This document shows positions 1-13,205 of a DNA stretch of 64,000 nucleotides, in pieces. The notes beneath the pieces were generated by a model. It saw only the letters and a list, made by a program, of their open reading frames with translations, made no database searches and was not told the origin of the DNA. The position numbers and the translations under genes were made by a program. The stretch is from NCBI GenBank assembly GCA_964016885.1, contig OZ024743.1:61752001-61816000 (forward strand), in the 5' to 3' direction. Each line of letters opens with the position of its first letter. The stretch's first letter is position 1. Source of the DNA: Eledone cirrhosa. Taxonomy: Eukaryota.

Positions 1-1914
1 ATCAATTTAGATCAGTCGAAAGCCTTCGATAGGGTCGACCATCGTTACCTAGCGGCAGTCCTGAGGGCGGCTGGCTTTGGGCCCGTCTTCAGAGGCTGGA
101 TCGCTGCCATGCACAGCGACATCTGCTCTGTAGTGAGAGTGAACGGTCACCTTTCGGAACCGTTCAACATCATGCGCTCAGTCCGCCAAGGATGTCCCCT
201 CTCGTCCCTATTGTACGTATTGACTCTCGAGCCATTACTGCACAAACTGGAGACGTTGAGGGGGGTCCCGCGCGAACTAGGATGCGGAAGATCCGTGTCA
301 GCATATGCCGACGATGTCACCGTAGTGGTGTCGAACGCCAAACACATCGAGGCGATCGGCACTACACTAAGAGAATACGAAGCGGTGACAGGAGCAATGA
401 TCAACCAGGAAAAGTCAGTGGGCCTGCAGCTCGGCACCTGGAGAGGCAGGTCCATGCCGTCCAACAGCGTCGTCAGGCGCTGGACGGACGGACCGGTTAA
501 ATTGCTAGGGGTCTGGTTCGGTCCAGACCTCCAGACGGACAAAAACTGGGACGAGGTGACGAGCAGGGTGGCTTCTCTCACCCAGAAATGGGCCGAGAGG
601 AAGCTATCCCTGAAAGGTCGAGCGGAGGTGGCAAATGCGTACATCGCATCCGTCATCTACTACCGCCTGACCGTCGTACCTTGTCCTAAGCCCCGCCTGA
701 CTGCGCTGGAGCGTTTGCTCTTTCGCTTCTTGTGGAAGGGACGCGCTCCGATGGTCAGGCGGTCCATCTGCTGTCAACACCCGCTACGTGGAGGGCTGGG
801 CATGCCGTGGCTGATGATGCGCAGACACGCGCTCAGGCTACGACATCTCCACCTCTTCCTCGACGGTGATCAGGTGTGGTCGCCGTTTGCAAGACACGTT
901 TTTCCCCAGCTCGTCTCCTTGACGGAGCTGCAGTCCTGGGTCAAGCGAAGACCGAGAGGGAGCGCTTTGGAGACTGGAATGTCTTCAGGCGCTCACAGCC
1001 CTCGACCAATCGGGCAATGTGATCGGTGGAAACTCCACCTTGGCGTTCTATAGGGGATTAGTGGAGGGGAAGAGCGACGACGTACTTGGAGAAACTCTAG
1101 GCGTCGACGAAAATCAACTAGCCAATCTCTTCGGAAGGACTTTCGGGCCGGGGCCTATGGACAACTTCCAGAAATCCCTGGCCTGGCAGTGCTACCGAGG
1201 AGCTTTGCCAGTTCGGGATAAACTCTACAGGCATGGAGGTGCCGTCAGCCGGGCATGTCCGAGATGCGCGCAGGGCGACGAAACCGTCCTGCACGCACTC
1301 GTCCAGTGTCCGAGCATTGCTGACTTGTGGGTTTATGTCGAACACCTGCTGTCACGTGTAGGACGGATCCAGCTATCAGCTGAGTCCATCGTGAGGATTG
1401 CCCCGCCCCCTTCCTTTAGCCTGGAAGGGCAGGCAGTTTTTATCTGTCTGGTGGCCATGGCGAAAGAGATAGTATGGTGGACACGTTTGAAAGGGCTGAA
1501 GACGAGCACTTACCTCTTCGGTGATGCCCTGATTAACTTTTTCAAATTTCATTTGAAAAGGAAAATCAGGGTAGAGAGGGAAGTGCTCTCTTCCCAGCAT
1601 TTCGTTGAAAGATGGGTGAGAGAAGCAAGTATGGCCCGAATGAATGGGCCTTCTCTGAGTATGTGTCTGTAAATTAAAGGTGTAAAACTGGGAGAGGGCA
1701 CTTGCCCTGGTGGTCAGGGCCACTGTGGTCTTTTAATGGGCTTTCTCCACAAATGTCCCTTGGAAGTCTCCCCCCTATTGGGGAATTTTTCTTTGTTATT
1801 TTATTTCAACCTCTGTTTTTTTACACGCAGAAATGCCCATTTGTACCGTCCTGTATTGTCCTGTACTGTCCTTAATGTCTACTTTATGTGAACCCTTGTG
1901 GTTAATAAAGAAAA

Positions 1915-1953
<39 letters not shown>
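1..1953 (+). mobile_element. Tx1/L1-clade non-LTR retrotransposon, 3' part (RT, C-terminal Zn finger, 3' UTR, (TTA)n tail); frameshift near 960-1020
   Basis: Frame open from base 1: INLDQSKAFDRV, RQGCPLS, AYADD, LLGVWFG. ORF 1019-1672 has CPRC...ETVLHALVQC (zf-RVT-like). AATAAA at 1904, (TTA)n at about 1917-1953. Confidence 0.9.
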
Positions 1954-1954
<1 letters not shown>

Positions 1955-2655
1955 GGCGACCTACGTAGGAAATCGTATTATCGTGAGCTCCACAAATGTT
2001 TGTTGTTTTCAGTCTTTGGTGGACCACGACGGGCGCATGCTACTCGATCCCGGGAAAATGTGTGAAGCTTTTTAGCGACACTTCGCTCAGCTGTTCGGGG
2101 GCAGCGACGGGTCGGATCGAGGGATGGACTTTAGTGTCTACCTAGACGGACTGCTGCGGCTCTCGGTCATTGAAGCGGAGTGTTGCGAAAAGCCGATAAC
2201 AGCAGCTGAAATACGGGAGGAAATGACTGGCTGCCAAGGGATAAATCGCCTGGTTTTTATGGTCTGCCCTATGAACTTTACGTACAGATGCCAGACTTGT
2301 TAGGAGGCCTCTTGGCGGACGTCTACTGCAACTGGCAACAGAACGGGAGAATTCCCAGCTCTGTGAGCCGAGGAGCGGTGGCACTGCTGAGAAAGGATCC
2401 GAACAATAGGGATAACATAGATAATTTCAGGCCCATAACTCTGCTAAACACAAAGTTCAAGATTTTGGCGAAGGTGCTAGCAAAGAGGTTGGCACTTGTC
2501 GTTGGTGGTCTTGTGGGAGAGGCACAGACATGCGCTATTCCCGACAGATCCATCCACGAGAACCTCCACCTCATGCGATACATCGTGGAGAGGGTAGCCA
2601 AGGAACCTGGCACGGATGGGTCCATGATCAATTTTGATCAGTCGAAAGATTTCTA
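1954..2655 (+). mobile_element. Second degenerate fragment of a related Tx1/L1-like LINE (ORF2 upstream of and into RT)
   Basis: NFRPITLLNTKFKILAKVLA, QTCAIPDRSIHENL, INFDQSKDF; stops and frameshifts. Confidence 0.85.
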
Positions 2656-2869
2656 ATATAGAAACTGGAACCTATTTACAATGTCTTTGCTAAGAGGGAT
2701 CTGCTAACCGCCAAGATTTGGTGTACATCAAGGTATGATAGCAACGAAAGATTAATAACAACAACAAGAAGAGCAGTTTCGACACACATTTGATGTAGGC
2801 ATGAAATAGTTCATTAAATATTGGAATATAAAGCAAGATAACAACCAGCGTAGAATGATAGAAAAGTAT

Positions 2870-2970
2870 CGTTAGCTAGCATCGTGGCCGGAACGGTTTC
2901 GTTGGCTAGCATCGAGACTAGAAACGTCTCGTTGGCTAAACATCGAGACTGGGAAGATCGCGTTAGCTGA
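2870..2970. repeat. ~30-bp tandem repeat, about 3.3 copies
   Basis: cgtt(a/g)gcta(g)catcg(a)g(a)c recurs at 30-31 bp spacing. Confidence 0.7.
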
Positions 2971-3035
2971 AATGAGAGTTAGGTTGGTTATCTTACGTAG
3001 AGAGTTGAAGTTTTGTTACCTAAACGTGAAACATC

Positions 3036-3360
3036 AGGTCATCCCATAAGTTATGTCTGAAATTTGGTTAAGAAAAACAAGTCATCAAATTTCACATTTT
3101 ATTAAAAATTAGTTCTCTATATAATTCCCATCATTATTGATGACTTCTCTCCATATACTCATCAGTTTTTCTTTAATTCCGTTGGTGAAAAGCCCTTTAG
3201 GTTTTGATGAGAAGAAGGAAGAGAGGTCAGTACGATCTCTTTGCGGCTTTTGAGTACAACTCCATCTAAATGATTATGTAAGCTTCGAAACAAATGGTTC
3301 TCAGAAGGAGCGAGGCCCGGGGAATAAGTTAGAGGTTTGTTAACTTCGCATAAAGAATGG
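3036..3360 (-). mobile_element. Mariner 3' relic
   Basis: Minus strand reads YSPGLAPSENHLFRSLHNHLDG (YSPDLAPSD motif); TIR-like caggtcatcccataagtt at about 3036. Confidence 0.7.
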
Positions 3361-3609
3361 AAGCCTTGTTACTTAATATATGGTAGGTAGTCTAGCTACA
3401 TCTCATGGAGAACGGAAAAACCTTGTTTACAACCCTACTGGAAAATATTATCTCCCGTCGAAACATTGATATCGTAGCTATGCCAACAGAGTTATATTTG
3501 TATCTCCCATAGAAGAGTGCGTAGAAATATTAACATATGAGGTAGAAGTTAGACTATTTGATACTGAAAAATGGAAATGTCTAGCCACATTATATAGAAG
3601 TTTCTAGCT

Positions 3610-3953
3610 ACACTCGGGTCCCCAATAATAGTGGGGGTGGGCTTGGAACAAGCGGGGTGGAATAAGCGAGATGGGTGGAACATCGGTAATTCTTCTATGT
3701 TGTATCCGTTGATTTCTTTCAAAACCAGAATTAATCGTTTAGTTTGCATTTTGAGACTCCAACCCATCCTATTCATTTTATAACGTATGGTATTTCTAGT
3801 AATGTACTTTATTTGTCATGTATAATGTTTTTTTAGTATATAAAGAAACATTAGCAAAATGTAATAAGTGTGGGGGCTGTAAGAGCTAGGAGGTGGAAAA
3901 AAATCTGAAAAATGAATAAGCAGAGGGAGACGATAATTCGAGACTGCAAAGTA
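3610..3953. mobile_element. MITE-like dispersed repeat (second copy at about 9026-9330)
   Basis: Both copies share gaattaatcgtttagttt...ttttataacgtatgg.atttctagtaatgtacttt; degenerate inverted ends ta(c)tctcggg... and ...gagacctgagagta. Confidence 0.6.
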
Positions 3954-3958
3954 CATTA

Positions 3959-5225
3959 CGAAGGAGATTCAAAAGGTTCGTGGAAAAAGTACATAACACA
4001 AACCACATGCAAGGATTTTGATTTCAATGCACCTGTACGTTCTCGTAGTAACGTGTCATAAGATGTTCTAACATGAACCCTTAAATGCATATTGCAACGC
4101 GGCGCCGCCAATCAGAAGCCAGCACCCGCTCAAGCAACATAGCCTTCATCAGGACAAACATCGAATTCATGGTGAAGCTATGGTGGAAGAGCAGCCAAAT
4201 CATTGACGCTCTAGAGCAAGTTTATAGGGACAATGCCCCCCAAAAATCAACAACCTACAAATGGATACGTCATTTTAGAAGTGGAAGAGTTGAGGTTGAT
4301 GATGATCTCCGCAGTGGCAAGACATCCACATCAGTTTGTATGGAAAACATTGATGCTGTTTGCGACCTAACTGAAAATGATAAGTGAATAACCACTGAAT
4401 CAGTAGCCGACACACTCAACATCTCCGTGGGCTCTGCACACGCAATTCTGGTGGAGAGTATGGGGCTGAGCAAGTTTTCCGCTCGATGGGTCCCAAAGCT
4501 GATGTGTCCAGATCAGCAGCAAACAATGTAGATATTTCGATGGAAATTTTGAACAAGTGGGATGACGACCCTGAAGCTTTTCTGCAGAAAATTGTAAACG
4601 GGGATGAAACGTGGCTCTACCAGTACGATCCCGAGGACAAAACTCAATCGAAGCAGTGGCTATCAGGGCTGGAGTAGACCAGTCAAAGCAAAATTGGAGA
4701 GTTCAAGACGGAAGGTGATGGCCACTATCGTCTGGGACGCACGGAGGATTTTGCTTGTTGACTTCCTCGAGAACAAGAGAATAATTACAGCTACCTATTA
4801 TGAAGGTGTTTTGAGAAAACAGGTCAAGAAAATCGAAGAAAAACGCCTGGAGAAGTTACATCAGTGTGTTCTCTTCAACCACGACAATGCACCCATTCAT
4901 GACGCTCGGCAGACACGAACTGTTTTACACGAATTTCGATGGGAAATCATCCGACATCTACCCTATTCCGACTTCTTTTTGATTCCAAACCTGAAAAAAT
5001 CATTGGAAGGTACCCATTTTCCATCAGTTGAAGATGTAAAAAAAGCTGCTTTGACATGGTTTAAATCGCATGGCCCTCAGTTTTACACAGATGGACTTAA
5101 AGGCTAGTATCAATACTTGCAGATGCGTATTGACCTAGATGGAGCATATATTGAAAAATAAACATCATAACTTAAACCGTTTTTTCCAACTGTCCTTTTA
5201 CCACGAACTTTTCGAAGCACCCTCG
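3959..5225 (+). mobile_element. Near full-length degenerate mariner (Hsmar2/irritans-like) with ~25-bp TIRs and TA flanks
   Basis: Left ta|cgaaggagattcaaaaggttcgtgg, right ccacgaacttttcgaagcaccctcg|ta. Broken transposase: RTNIEFMVKL..IIDALEQVYRDNAP, RWVP, GDETW, HDNA, YSDFF. Confidence 0.9.
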
Positions 5226-5969
5226 TATATGCAAAGAAGTTGGAATCTATATACCTAACACAAAAGGAAATAAAGAGTATTGTTAATTAACAATGTAGCG
5301 AGAAAACGATTATACACCTATCATAGGCGTAAGGACACGGCATGATACCTGACAGAAAGGTGGTGAAATCATATGTACCAAACATAACCTAGTGTATGAA
5401 AAGAACTAAATTAAATTCACATTTTCTTACTGAAGAATGTACCTGTCTGAAACCTCAGAACTCATTCCATCATACAAGAAATGATATCGTTTTTTTTTGT
5501 GTGTGTGTTTGTGGGGGGGACCATTGCTGGTTCTTTTTTTATTCAAGTTGATATTTCTCTCTTAAATTATAAAAAAGAAAGGAAAGGAGCGAATTGTCAA
5601 ATTGGACCAAGAAAACAATGTTTCTATTGGTTTTCTATTGCTGATACTATCTGCCAATCGTGAGCCTTAATAGAAAGCGGTGGGATTTTAACTCAGAACG
5701 CACAGAGCCAGATCAGATACCGCAAAGCAGCATGTTCCATACTTTACCAATCCCACCAATACAGAGTTCATATCTCCATCACAGACTGGTAATTAATTTA
5801 CCGACGAGCCTCAAAGACGAAGAACAAAGTAGACCTCGTCGGGATTTGATCTCAGATTAAAGTGAGCTAGAAAACATACTGCGAAGCATTAATTGTGACG
5901 CCCCCTATACTCTTCTCATACACCTATAAATCATGCTGATTTGCCGCCTATACCCTGCCTATTCATCAC

Positions 5970-6175
5970 GGCACTATAGGTAGAGCATCGGACACCATGC
6001 TGTGCAGCATAGACATACAGCCCTTTACGGGCTGAGTTCCAATCCGGCCGAGGTTAGCTTTGCCTTTCATCCTTAGGAGGTCGATAAAATAAAGCACCAG
6101 TAATACACTGGCATCGATTTAATCGACTTCCCCTCTCCCCAAATTCCTAGCCTTGTGCCTCTCGTAGAAATCAAT
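5970..6175 (+). mobile_element. tRNA-derived SINE with MetaSINE-like central domain (representative copy)
   Basis: B-box-like gagttccaatcc then gcctttcatcctt..gaggtcgataaaataaag.accag. Other copies at about 13615-13770(+), 14280-14400(+), 15295-15745(-, two), 27170-27352(+), 29080-29185(+), 31975-32155(-), 41230-41365(-), 41670-41830(+), 47510-47695(-), 50080-50245(-), 61020-61120(+), 62420-62580(-). The Meta-domain name is from memory. Confidence 0.75.
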
Positions 6176-7014
6176 ATTAAATAACAATCGTTTGGACGCA
6201 GCATGACCGAATGCTTAAGACGTTCTCTTCGCAATCATTAGGCTCCAAGTTCGATCCCACTGCGTGACATCTTGCGCAATCACTATTTACCATAGCTTCC
6301 AGTCGATCTATGCCTTGTGAGTGACATTGGATAGACGTAAACTTACATGGACGCCTGTCGTATGGGCTATACCTAGAATTCAAAGGCCTAGGCTTGTTAC
6401 ACATTGTCACACACTGAATCGCTTTAATTACTTTAAGGGTACACGTGTATGTAGAATGTTCAGCCACATACACATAAATTTTATGAGCAGATTGTCCTGT
6501 TTTTCAAACAACTGTAACAGTCATTGTTAAAACTGACGGAGGTTCATTCCATTCCTTCAATAAATAACGCTATTAGAAATTCTTGAGTGAGTCCCGGGAC
6601 AAATGGTTCGCTTACTCTACTCCACTATCAACCATGACTTTGTCATATTGAGATAACAACTTAACTTCACATAAAAATATATATTTAGTTGTGTTATGTT
6701 TTTAGCATGTTTCTAGAGCTGGGGATTGTGTCTTATGTCAGCCGTGGCTATCATTGTCAGCGCCGTACATTTCATGGTCTGAAGAACAACATCGAGAAGT
6801 AGCCATACTGTTTAGGTAATATCAATATTAAAAATAAGAAGACATTAACCAATTCCTACCATCTGTTATTCCCATATTCCTTTCAATGAGTTTCCTTTTA
6901 AGATTTTCTTGTTTGATTTCTTGTTGTTGTTTTGCCAGACGAAACTTTAATAACAAATATTGGAAATATAAGAAAACAAAGGTTTTACATGTATGTGTGC
7001 CTATCTTTCTAGCT

Positions 7015-7032
7015 ATACATACATACACACGC

Positions 7033-7087
<55 letters not shown>

Positions 7088-7338
7088 TGTGCATATGTGT
7101 GTATGTATGTATATGTGTGTATATATGTATATATATGTAAATGTGTGTGCATATATATATATATGTAAATGTGTGTGTATATGTTTGTATATATGTGCGT
7201 GTGTATGTGTATGTACGTGTGTGTATATAAGGTGTATATAAGTGTGTATAGGTGTATATATGTGTGTATATGTGAATATATGTGTGTGTGTATATGTATA
7301 TATGTGTGTATATGTATATATATGTGTACATGTATATA

Positions 7339-7426
<88 letters not shown>

Positions 7427-7560
7427 TATATGTATGATACATATACATATATATAAACAAACATATGTGTGAGTATAAACAAATATATATAGATATACAT
7501 GTTTGAGTACGTGTATATAAATATTTGTGTGTGAGTGTGTTTGTGTCTACATATGATGTT
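7015..7560. repeat. Compound (TA)n/(TG)n microsatellite
   Basis: Direct inspection. Confidence 0.95.
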
Positions 7561-7659
7561 TGTCTTGAATGTAACCTACCCAGCCCCTTCTTCTCTACTG
7601 TAGTTTGCTAAGTCACAAGGTGTTAAAATTGTCACAGTCATTCGATTGAACGTCGTTGT

Positions 7660-8670
7660 ATGTATGTGTGTTTGTATGTATGTGTGTGATGTGAGGTGGC
7701 TATATGTGTGTGTGATGTGAGGCGGTTATGTGTGTGTGTGATGTGAGGCGGGTATGTATGTGTGTGTCTGTATGTGTGTGTGATGTGAGGCGGTTATATG
7801 TGTGTGTGATGTGAGGCGGGTTTGTATGTATGTGTGTGACTGTATGTGTGTGATGTGAGGCGGGTATGTATGTGTGTGTGTCTGTATGTGTGTGTGATGT
7901 GAGGCGGCTATATGTGTGTGTGATGTGAGGATGGTATATCTGTGTGTGATGTGAGGTGGGTATGTATGTGTGTGTGTCTGAATGTGTGTGATGTGAGGCG
8001 GTTATATGTGTGTGTGATGTGAGGCGGGTATGTATGTGTGTGTGTCTGTATGTGTGTGTGATGTGAGGCGGCTATATGTGTGTGTGATGTGAGGCGGTTA
8101 TATGTGTGTGTGTGATGTGAAGCGGGTATGTATGTGTGTGTGTCTGTATGTGTGTGATGTGAGGTGGGTATATGTGTGTGTGATGTGAAGCGGGTATGTA
8201 TGTGTGTGTGTCTGTATGTGTGTGATGTGAGGCGGCTATATGTGTGTGTGATGTGAGGCGGGTATGTATGTGTGTCTGTATGTGTGTGATGTGAGGTGGG
8301 TAGATGTGTGTGTGATGTGAAGCGGGTATGTATGTATGTGTGTCTGTATGTGTGTGATGTGAGGCGGGTATGTATGTGTGTGATGTGAGGCGGGTATGTT
8401 TGTGTGTGTGTCTGTATGTGTGTGATGTGAGGTGGGTATATGTGTGTGTGATGTGAGGCGGGTATGTATGTGTGTGTGTCTGTATGTGTGTGATGTGAGG
8501 CGGCTATATGTGTGTGTGATGTGAAGCGGGTTTGTATGTGTGTGTGTCTGTGTGTCTGTGTGTGTGTCTGTCTATGTGTCTGTATGTGATGTGAAGCGGG
8601 TATGGGTGTGTGTCTGATGTGAGGCGGGTATGTGTATATGTGTGATGTGAGGTGGGTATGTGTGTGTGTG
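7660..8670. repeat. Minisatellite with core GATGTGAGGCGG(G/T/C)TAT in (TG)n, about 30 cores
   Basis: gtgtgatgtgaggcgggtatgtatgtgtg recurs with ~26-bp and ~42-bp unit variants. Confidence 0.9.
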
Positions 8671-8758
8671 TGTGGGGGGGGGGGGGGGTAGGGGAGAGAT
8701 CACACAAGGGAAAGCTATATTTCCAAACAGACAAACACACGTATTTCATTCCTGTAAA

Positions 8759-8805
<47 letters not shown>

Positions 8806-9347
8806 ACACACACGTAGGAGTGTATACAAGTAAATATGTTAACAAACACACATTGATATGCGTCTCACACTCACACTCTCACACACACTCACTTCATATT
8901 TTTTTATAAACTTAAAGATTGTAGGCACGTACTTTCGCACGGATAAAGACCATCTCTCTCTCTAAAGTAAATGAAACTCCGTCAGTTTCGACGATGAATG
9001 TTCCAGTTGTTCCGTCAAATAATCTATTCTCGAGTTCCAAATAATAGGGAGTGGATCGGTAATTTTCTAGCTTCTTCTAGTTTAAAACTAAAAAAGTGGA
9101 ATTAATCGTTTAGTTTACTGATTGAGACCCAATCCGTCCTATTTATTTTATAACGTATGGGATTTCTAGTAATGTACTTTTTTGTCATATGTAATGTTCT
9201 TCAATGCAGGAATAATACCGCTTAAAATAAAAATTTCGCCAGAGTTAGCAAAACTTAATAAGTGGGGAGACTGGAAATAATTTGAAAATTATTAACGGGT
9301 GGATGAGACGATTATGAGAGACCTGAGAGTACATAAAAGATAAAGTG

Positions 9348-9655
9348 CCTGGCTCGGTGGTTAGGGTGTTCGGCTCTTGTGTCATATGAACGTGAGTTCA
9401 ATTCCCGGCAACGCTGTATCCTTGAGCACGACAATTTATTTCTCGCTTCTTAAGTCCACTTAGCTGGGCAAAAGTAGGTTGTACTTATAATTCAAATTGC
9501 CATCTTTGACTGTCACGTGGAATCTGCCTAAAGACGACGTTTAGGGTGCACATATCTATGGAAAGATCACCCACTTGCATATAGGTTTAACGTGCAGGCT
9601 GTTCCATTGTTCAACAAACTGTAATAAACATCGCCGGAATCGACGGAAGTCCAAC
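9348..9655 (+). mobile_element. Second tRNA-derived SINE family
   Basis: A-box tggctcggtggttag, B-box gagttcaattccc, then tccttgagca. Related pieces at about 17408-17525(+), 51290-51530(-), 61760-61830(-). Confidence 0.6.
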
Positions 9656-12600
9656 ACACAAATTCATACGTGTGTGTGTGTGTGATTAGTCTCAAGTATG
9701 AAACAGTGAGTGACAGATCAAAAAGAATCAGCCAGAAACAAGTAAACAAAAACAGGAATATATATAGAATGCAAGTCATTGTAAAAGTAGAGTAAAGACG
9801 GACCAGCGGCCATTACAACAACGCCACCATAGACGAAGTGTTTATTGCTGACAGTGCCGCCATTTTAACTGCAGTCTAATTCAATTGCTATATTCCTGTT
9901 GTGTTTTTGTTGTTGTTGTTTTATTGAAGTTGTGGTTCAATATACGTCAACTTAAGGAGGTGTGAGAAATAGCAAATGTAGTGTATGGTTTCTTTTTTTA
10001 ATTTGTTTATAGTGGGCCAGAATAACCCTAGAAAATAAAGTCATAGTGAAATAAGAATGAATATAATACACACAACAGGGGGATTTAAAGTTATTTCCAC
10101 ACTAAAGCAGGGACTAGCCTTGCTGGGCCCATGAAAGTCTTCATACTCATTATTGCTTTTTTTTTTTTTAGGCAATTTTGTTATAATCGGATGCCGTTTC
10201 TGGTGCATCCTTTTTTAGTCACCTCTTACGGCTCAGAGATTTTGTGTACCTATTCCAAACCAGTTACATGTAAAAGGAAATATATCATGAACGAAGGTCC
10301 GGTGTGATGCTATCATCTGGATTTGGCGCAAAAAGAGTTCGAACCGTTAATTCCTAGATTTACTGAGTTATACATTGAATTTCATGACTTAAATTATCAT
10401 CTTTTATATTAAACTGGAAATTATTCACATTTAAAATTTAATATCTATAGTTTTTAGCTTGGTATTCACTGCCTACTTTAACTATCCAGAGTTTAGGTCA
10501 CTGGTTCATGCAGAAGGAAAGTAAAATGCTCACAAAGTAAAACCCACCAAACAATTGATTTGTCCGTACAGCTAACACTCATCTGTTTCTCACATACTTA
10601 CACTTAACCTGTCTTTCTTATACGTACACCTAGCACTTATGTTTACCATGTACATACATAGCAAATTCATTTGGCTCTTATACACATACACATCACAAAT
10701 TCATCTGGCACTTATGTTCGTACACATAATTAAACTATCTCCCATATGAGTACACTTAATTTGTATGTACCGCATGTACCTACACTTAACTCATCTATCT
10801 CTCTTGTCTGGTCTCTTCCCATCGTCATTGCCGAGGTTCGGGGACCATGGACAATTACATCATTGCTCATTTATATGACACTGTATGCCCATGATTCTCA
10901 TGAGGGAAAAAGTGACATCTGTGGGATCCCAAATCCTCGTCCGATGATTATTCGGAAGCTTGTTATCGAGCTGCAGCTCCTCTGCCTTCACCACACGGAT
11001 GAAGCCGTTGGCTACTTAAAAACTTGTGACCAAAATGACTAAAGAGTTTCATCTATCCCTGTTTGGGAATCAGAGTAATTCTCCTAGATAGATTACCAGC
11101 CATGTCTACTCGAATTTTTTACACACCCTAGGATGGCTGTTGACTCTATCTTGGGCTCCTCTGCCCTTTGAAGGGTTGTGTTTTTCATCAGGGTGTCCAA
11201 AAATTACCCTCCTCGCCAAGCAAGCTTGGTTGTATTGCCGGTTTAGTCGCCGACGAACCGACCATGTGACCATTTGTACTCGGTTACATGTTGCCAGTAA
11301 GGTAATCTCTTTTGACAGTATCTCACGTGCTTACACCTAACTCATGTTTCTTCTTGTACCTAACACTTAATTCGTCTGTTCCTCGTGTACATATTTGTAA
11401 CACACACTGATTTAGAATCAGCTCCAGCAATTTTCCTTATAACACACTATGGACAAATTCTCTCTGACCAGGAGTTTCTTTGGATTCAACTAACTGTATT
11501 GATATCTGCAGAGACAATAGATACACATTGATGCAGTGGGCTATTCCAATTTAGTAATTTTGATTCATTGGCCCTGAAATAGATACTGGAAAACATCTAT
11601 GTCGGTGCGGTTTGCCCCACCTGGGTTGTTATATCAAGACGTACGGATGATTACACACAGGACAGAAAAAGAAACTTCCTTACACCTTCGTTGTTAAAGA
11701 AAATAACAGAAGAAATAGGAGGAGAGGAAAGATAAAGGGCGAAGTTTAGGGGAAATACTAGAGAAAATAAGTGATAAAAGACAATGAAAAGAATGCATAA
11801 CAATGAAGAATAGAAGTAAAAAGTGAAAAATGGGTGGAGAAAGGAAAGAACAAAAATTTAAGAGGAAATAGAGAAGTGGAATGGAGAGGTGTGATGAAGG
11901 ATTAACTGACTTTTATGTTCTGTTGTCTTTCTGTCTCTTGTTCCTTGTTATTTCACTCCATTCTTCACACATGCCTCACTGATTCCAGTTGTACGGTTGA
12001 CTTAAACCTAAAGTTGGAAACTAAGTAGGAGCTACTTAAGAAATAACAAAAGAAAAAAGGAAAAGATGAAAGAAAAGAATTCGAGTAACTAGAGGGTTTG
12101 TTACAACTAAGCCGCGCTCCACCCTTGCCAACCCACGCAAGTATTTTAAGAGATATTTATTTATTTTAGTCTTGGCAATTATTGCTTTTTATCAAGACAG
12201 ATGTAAACATAAGAGGATAAGAAAAATGTAAATCAATAAGTGTGTGTGTGTGTGTGTGAGAGAGCAAGGAGTAATAAATACACATAAATATAGTAATAGA
12301 ATTGAATTAAATTAATGACTTTCTTTTAGTTGGATTCGTCTAAAAAAAGGGCAGTGTTCAGGACCTACGCAAACCATATATGACTGTTGAGATTGATGCT
12401 GTTAACATTCCACTTTAAACTGTTACAAGTCAGTGGCTGTAGAAATAAAAAAAACGGGGAAGTAATTACAGATGTATGGTGTAGTGTTAAATGCAGATCA
12501 TGAAAGAGGTCTGAATATGGGCATAATATAGCCGATGAGAAAAGGAGCGGCATGTCGGAAATAACTGTGTGAAAGCGGCAAGTGACAGCCAGTTCCCAAA

Positions 12601-13016
12601 ATCAGAGACCATTGTAGTAGAGGTAGTAAAGGTAGAGATGTAAGACAGTACATCTGTGTGCCAGAGCTTGAAGTATGTTGATAAGTGTCTTCTTGCCCAT
12701 CAGTCAACTGATCTTTCTCTATATATATTTTAGAATATCTGTGTGTAATAACAGCACTACTTCATCGTGAGTGTTATATCAGCGTTGCCGAGTTAAGTAG
12801 TTCTCAGGAGCTGATATATTTGGCTCTGATTTAATTCATTAGGTTAATGTACTCTGTAATTATCTCGATCAATTTCATTATAGAGCAAACAACCATGTTT
12901 GTTTAGCTTTTGAGAAGTAAAAAGTAGATGACAGAGTCTACCAAGGTGTTACATTAATGATGATTTTGAAGGAATTATTCCTTTTGACACATGTTCTTTC
13001 CAACAATTAGGCTCCC

Positions 13017-13205
13017 ATAAAGTGTGTCGTCTACTCTTTTAAGATGGTATATTAAAAAATGAGCTGTATATGGCTGCTATTTCTAGCTGTCGAGTGACTA
13101 CATTAGAATCCTATAAAGTGTGTCGTCCACTCTTTTAAGATGGTATATTCTAACATGAAGGGTATCTGACTATTTCTAGCTGGTCGAATCACTACATGGG
13201 AGATT
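13017..13205. repeat. ~95-bp tandem duplication within a dispersed repeat
   Basis: ataaagtgtgtcgtc(t/c)actcttttaagatggtatatt and ctatttctagctg each occur twice. Confidence 0.75.

Noticed and set aside
2626-2652. Second LINE fragment ends at the same RT motif where the window begins
   Set aside because: The window start is arbitrary and the two sequences differ; treated as coincidence.
6828-7500. Long YI/HT/CV-rich ORFs here and at 19046, 22742, 32373, 42786, 43762, 47906 and elsewhere
   Set aside because: They are translations of dinucleotide microsatellites.
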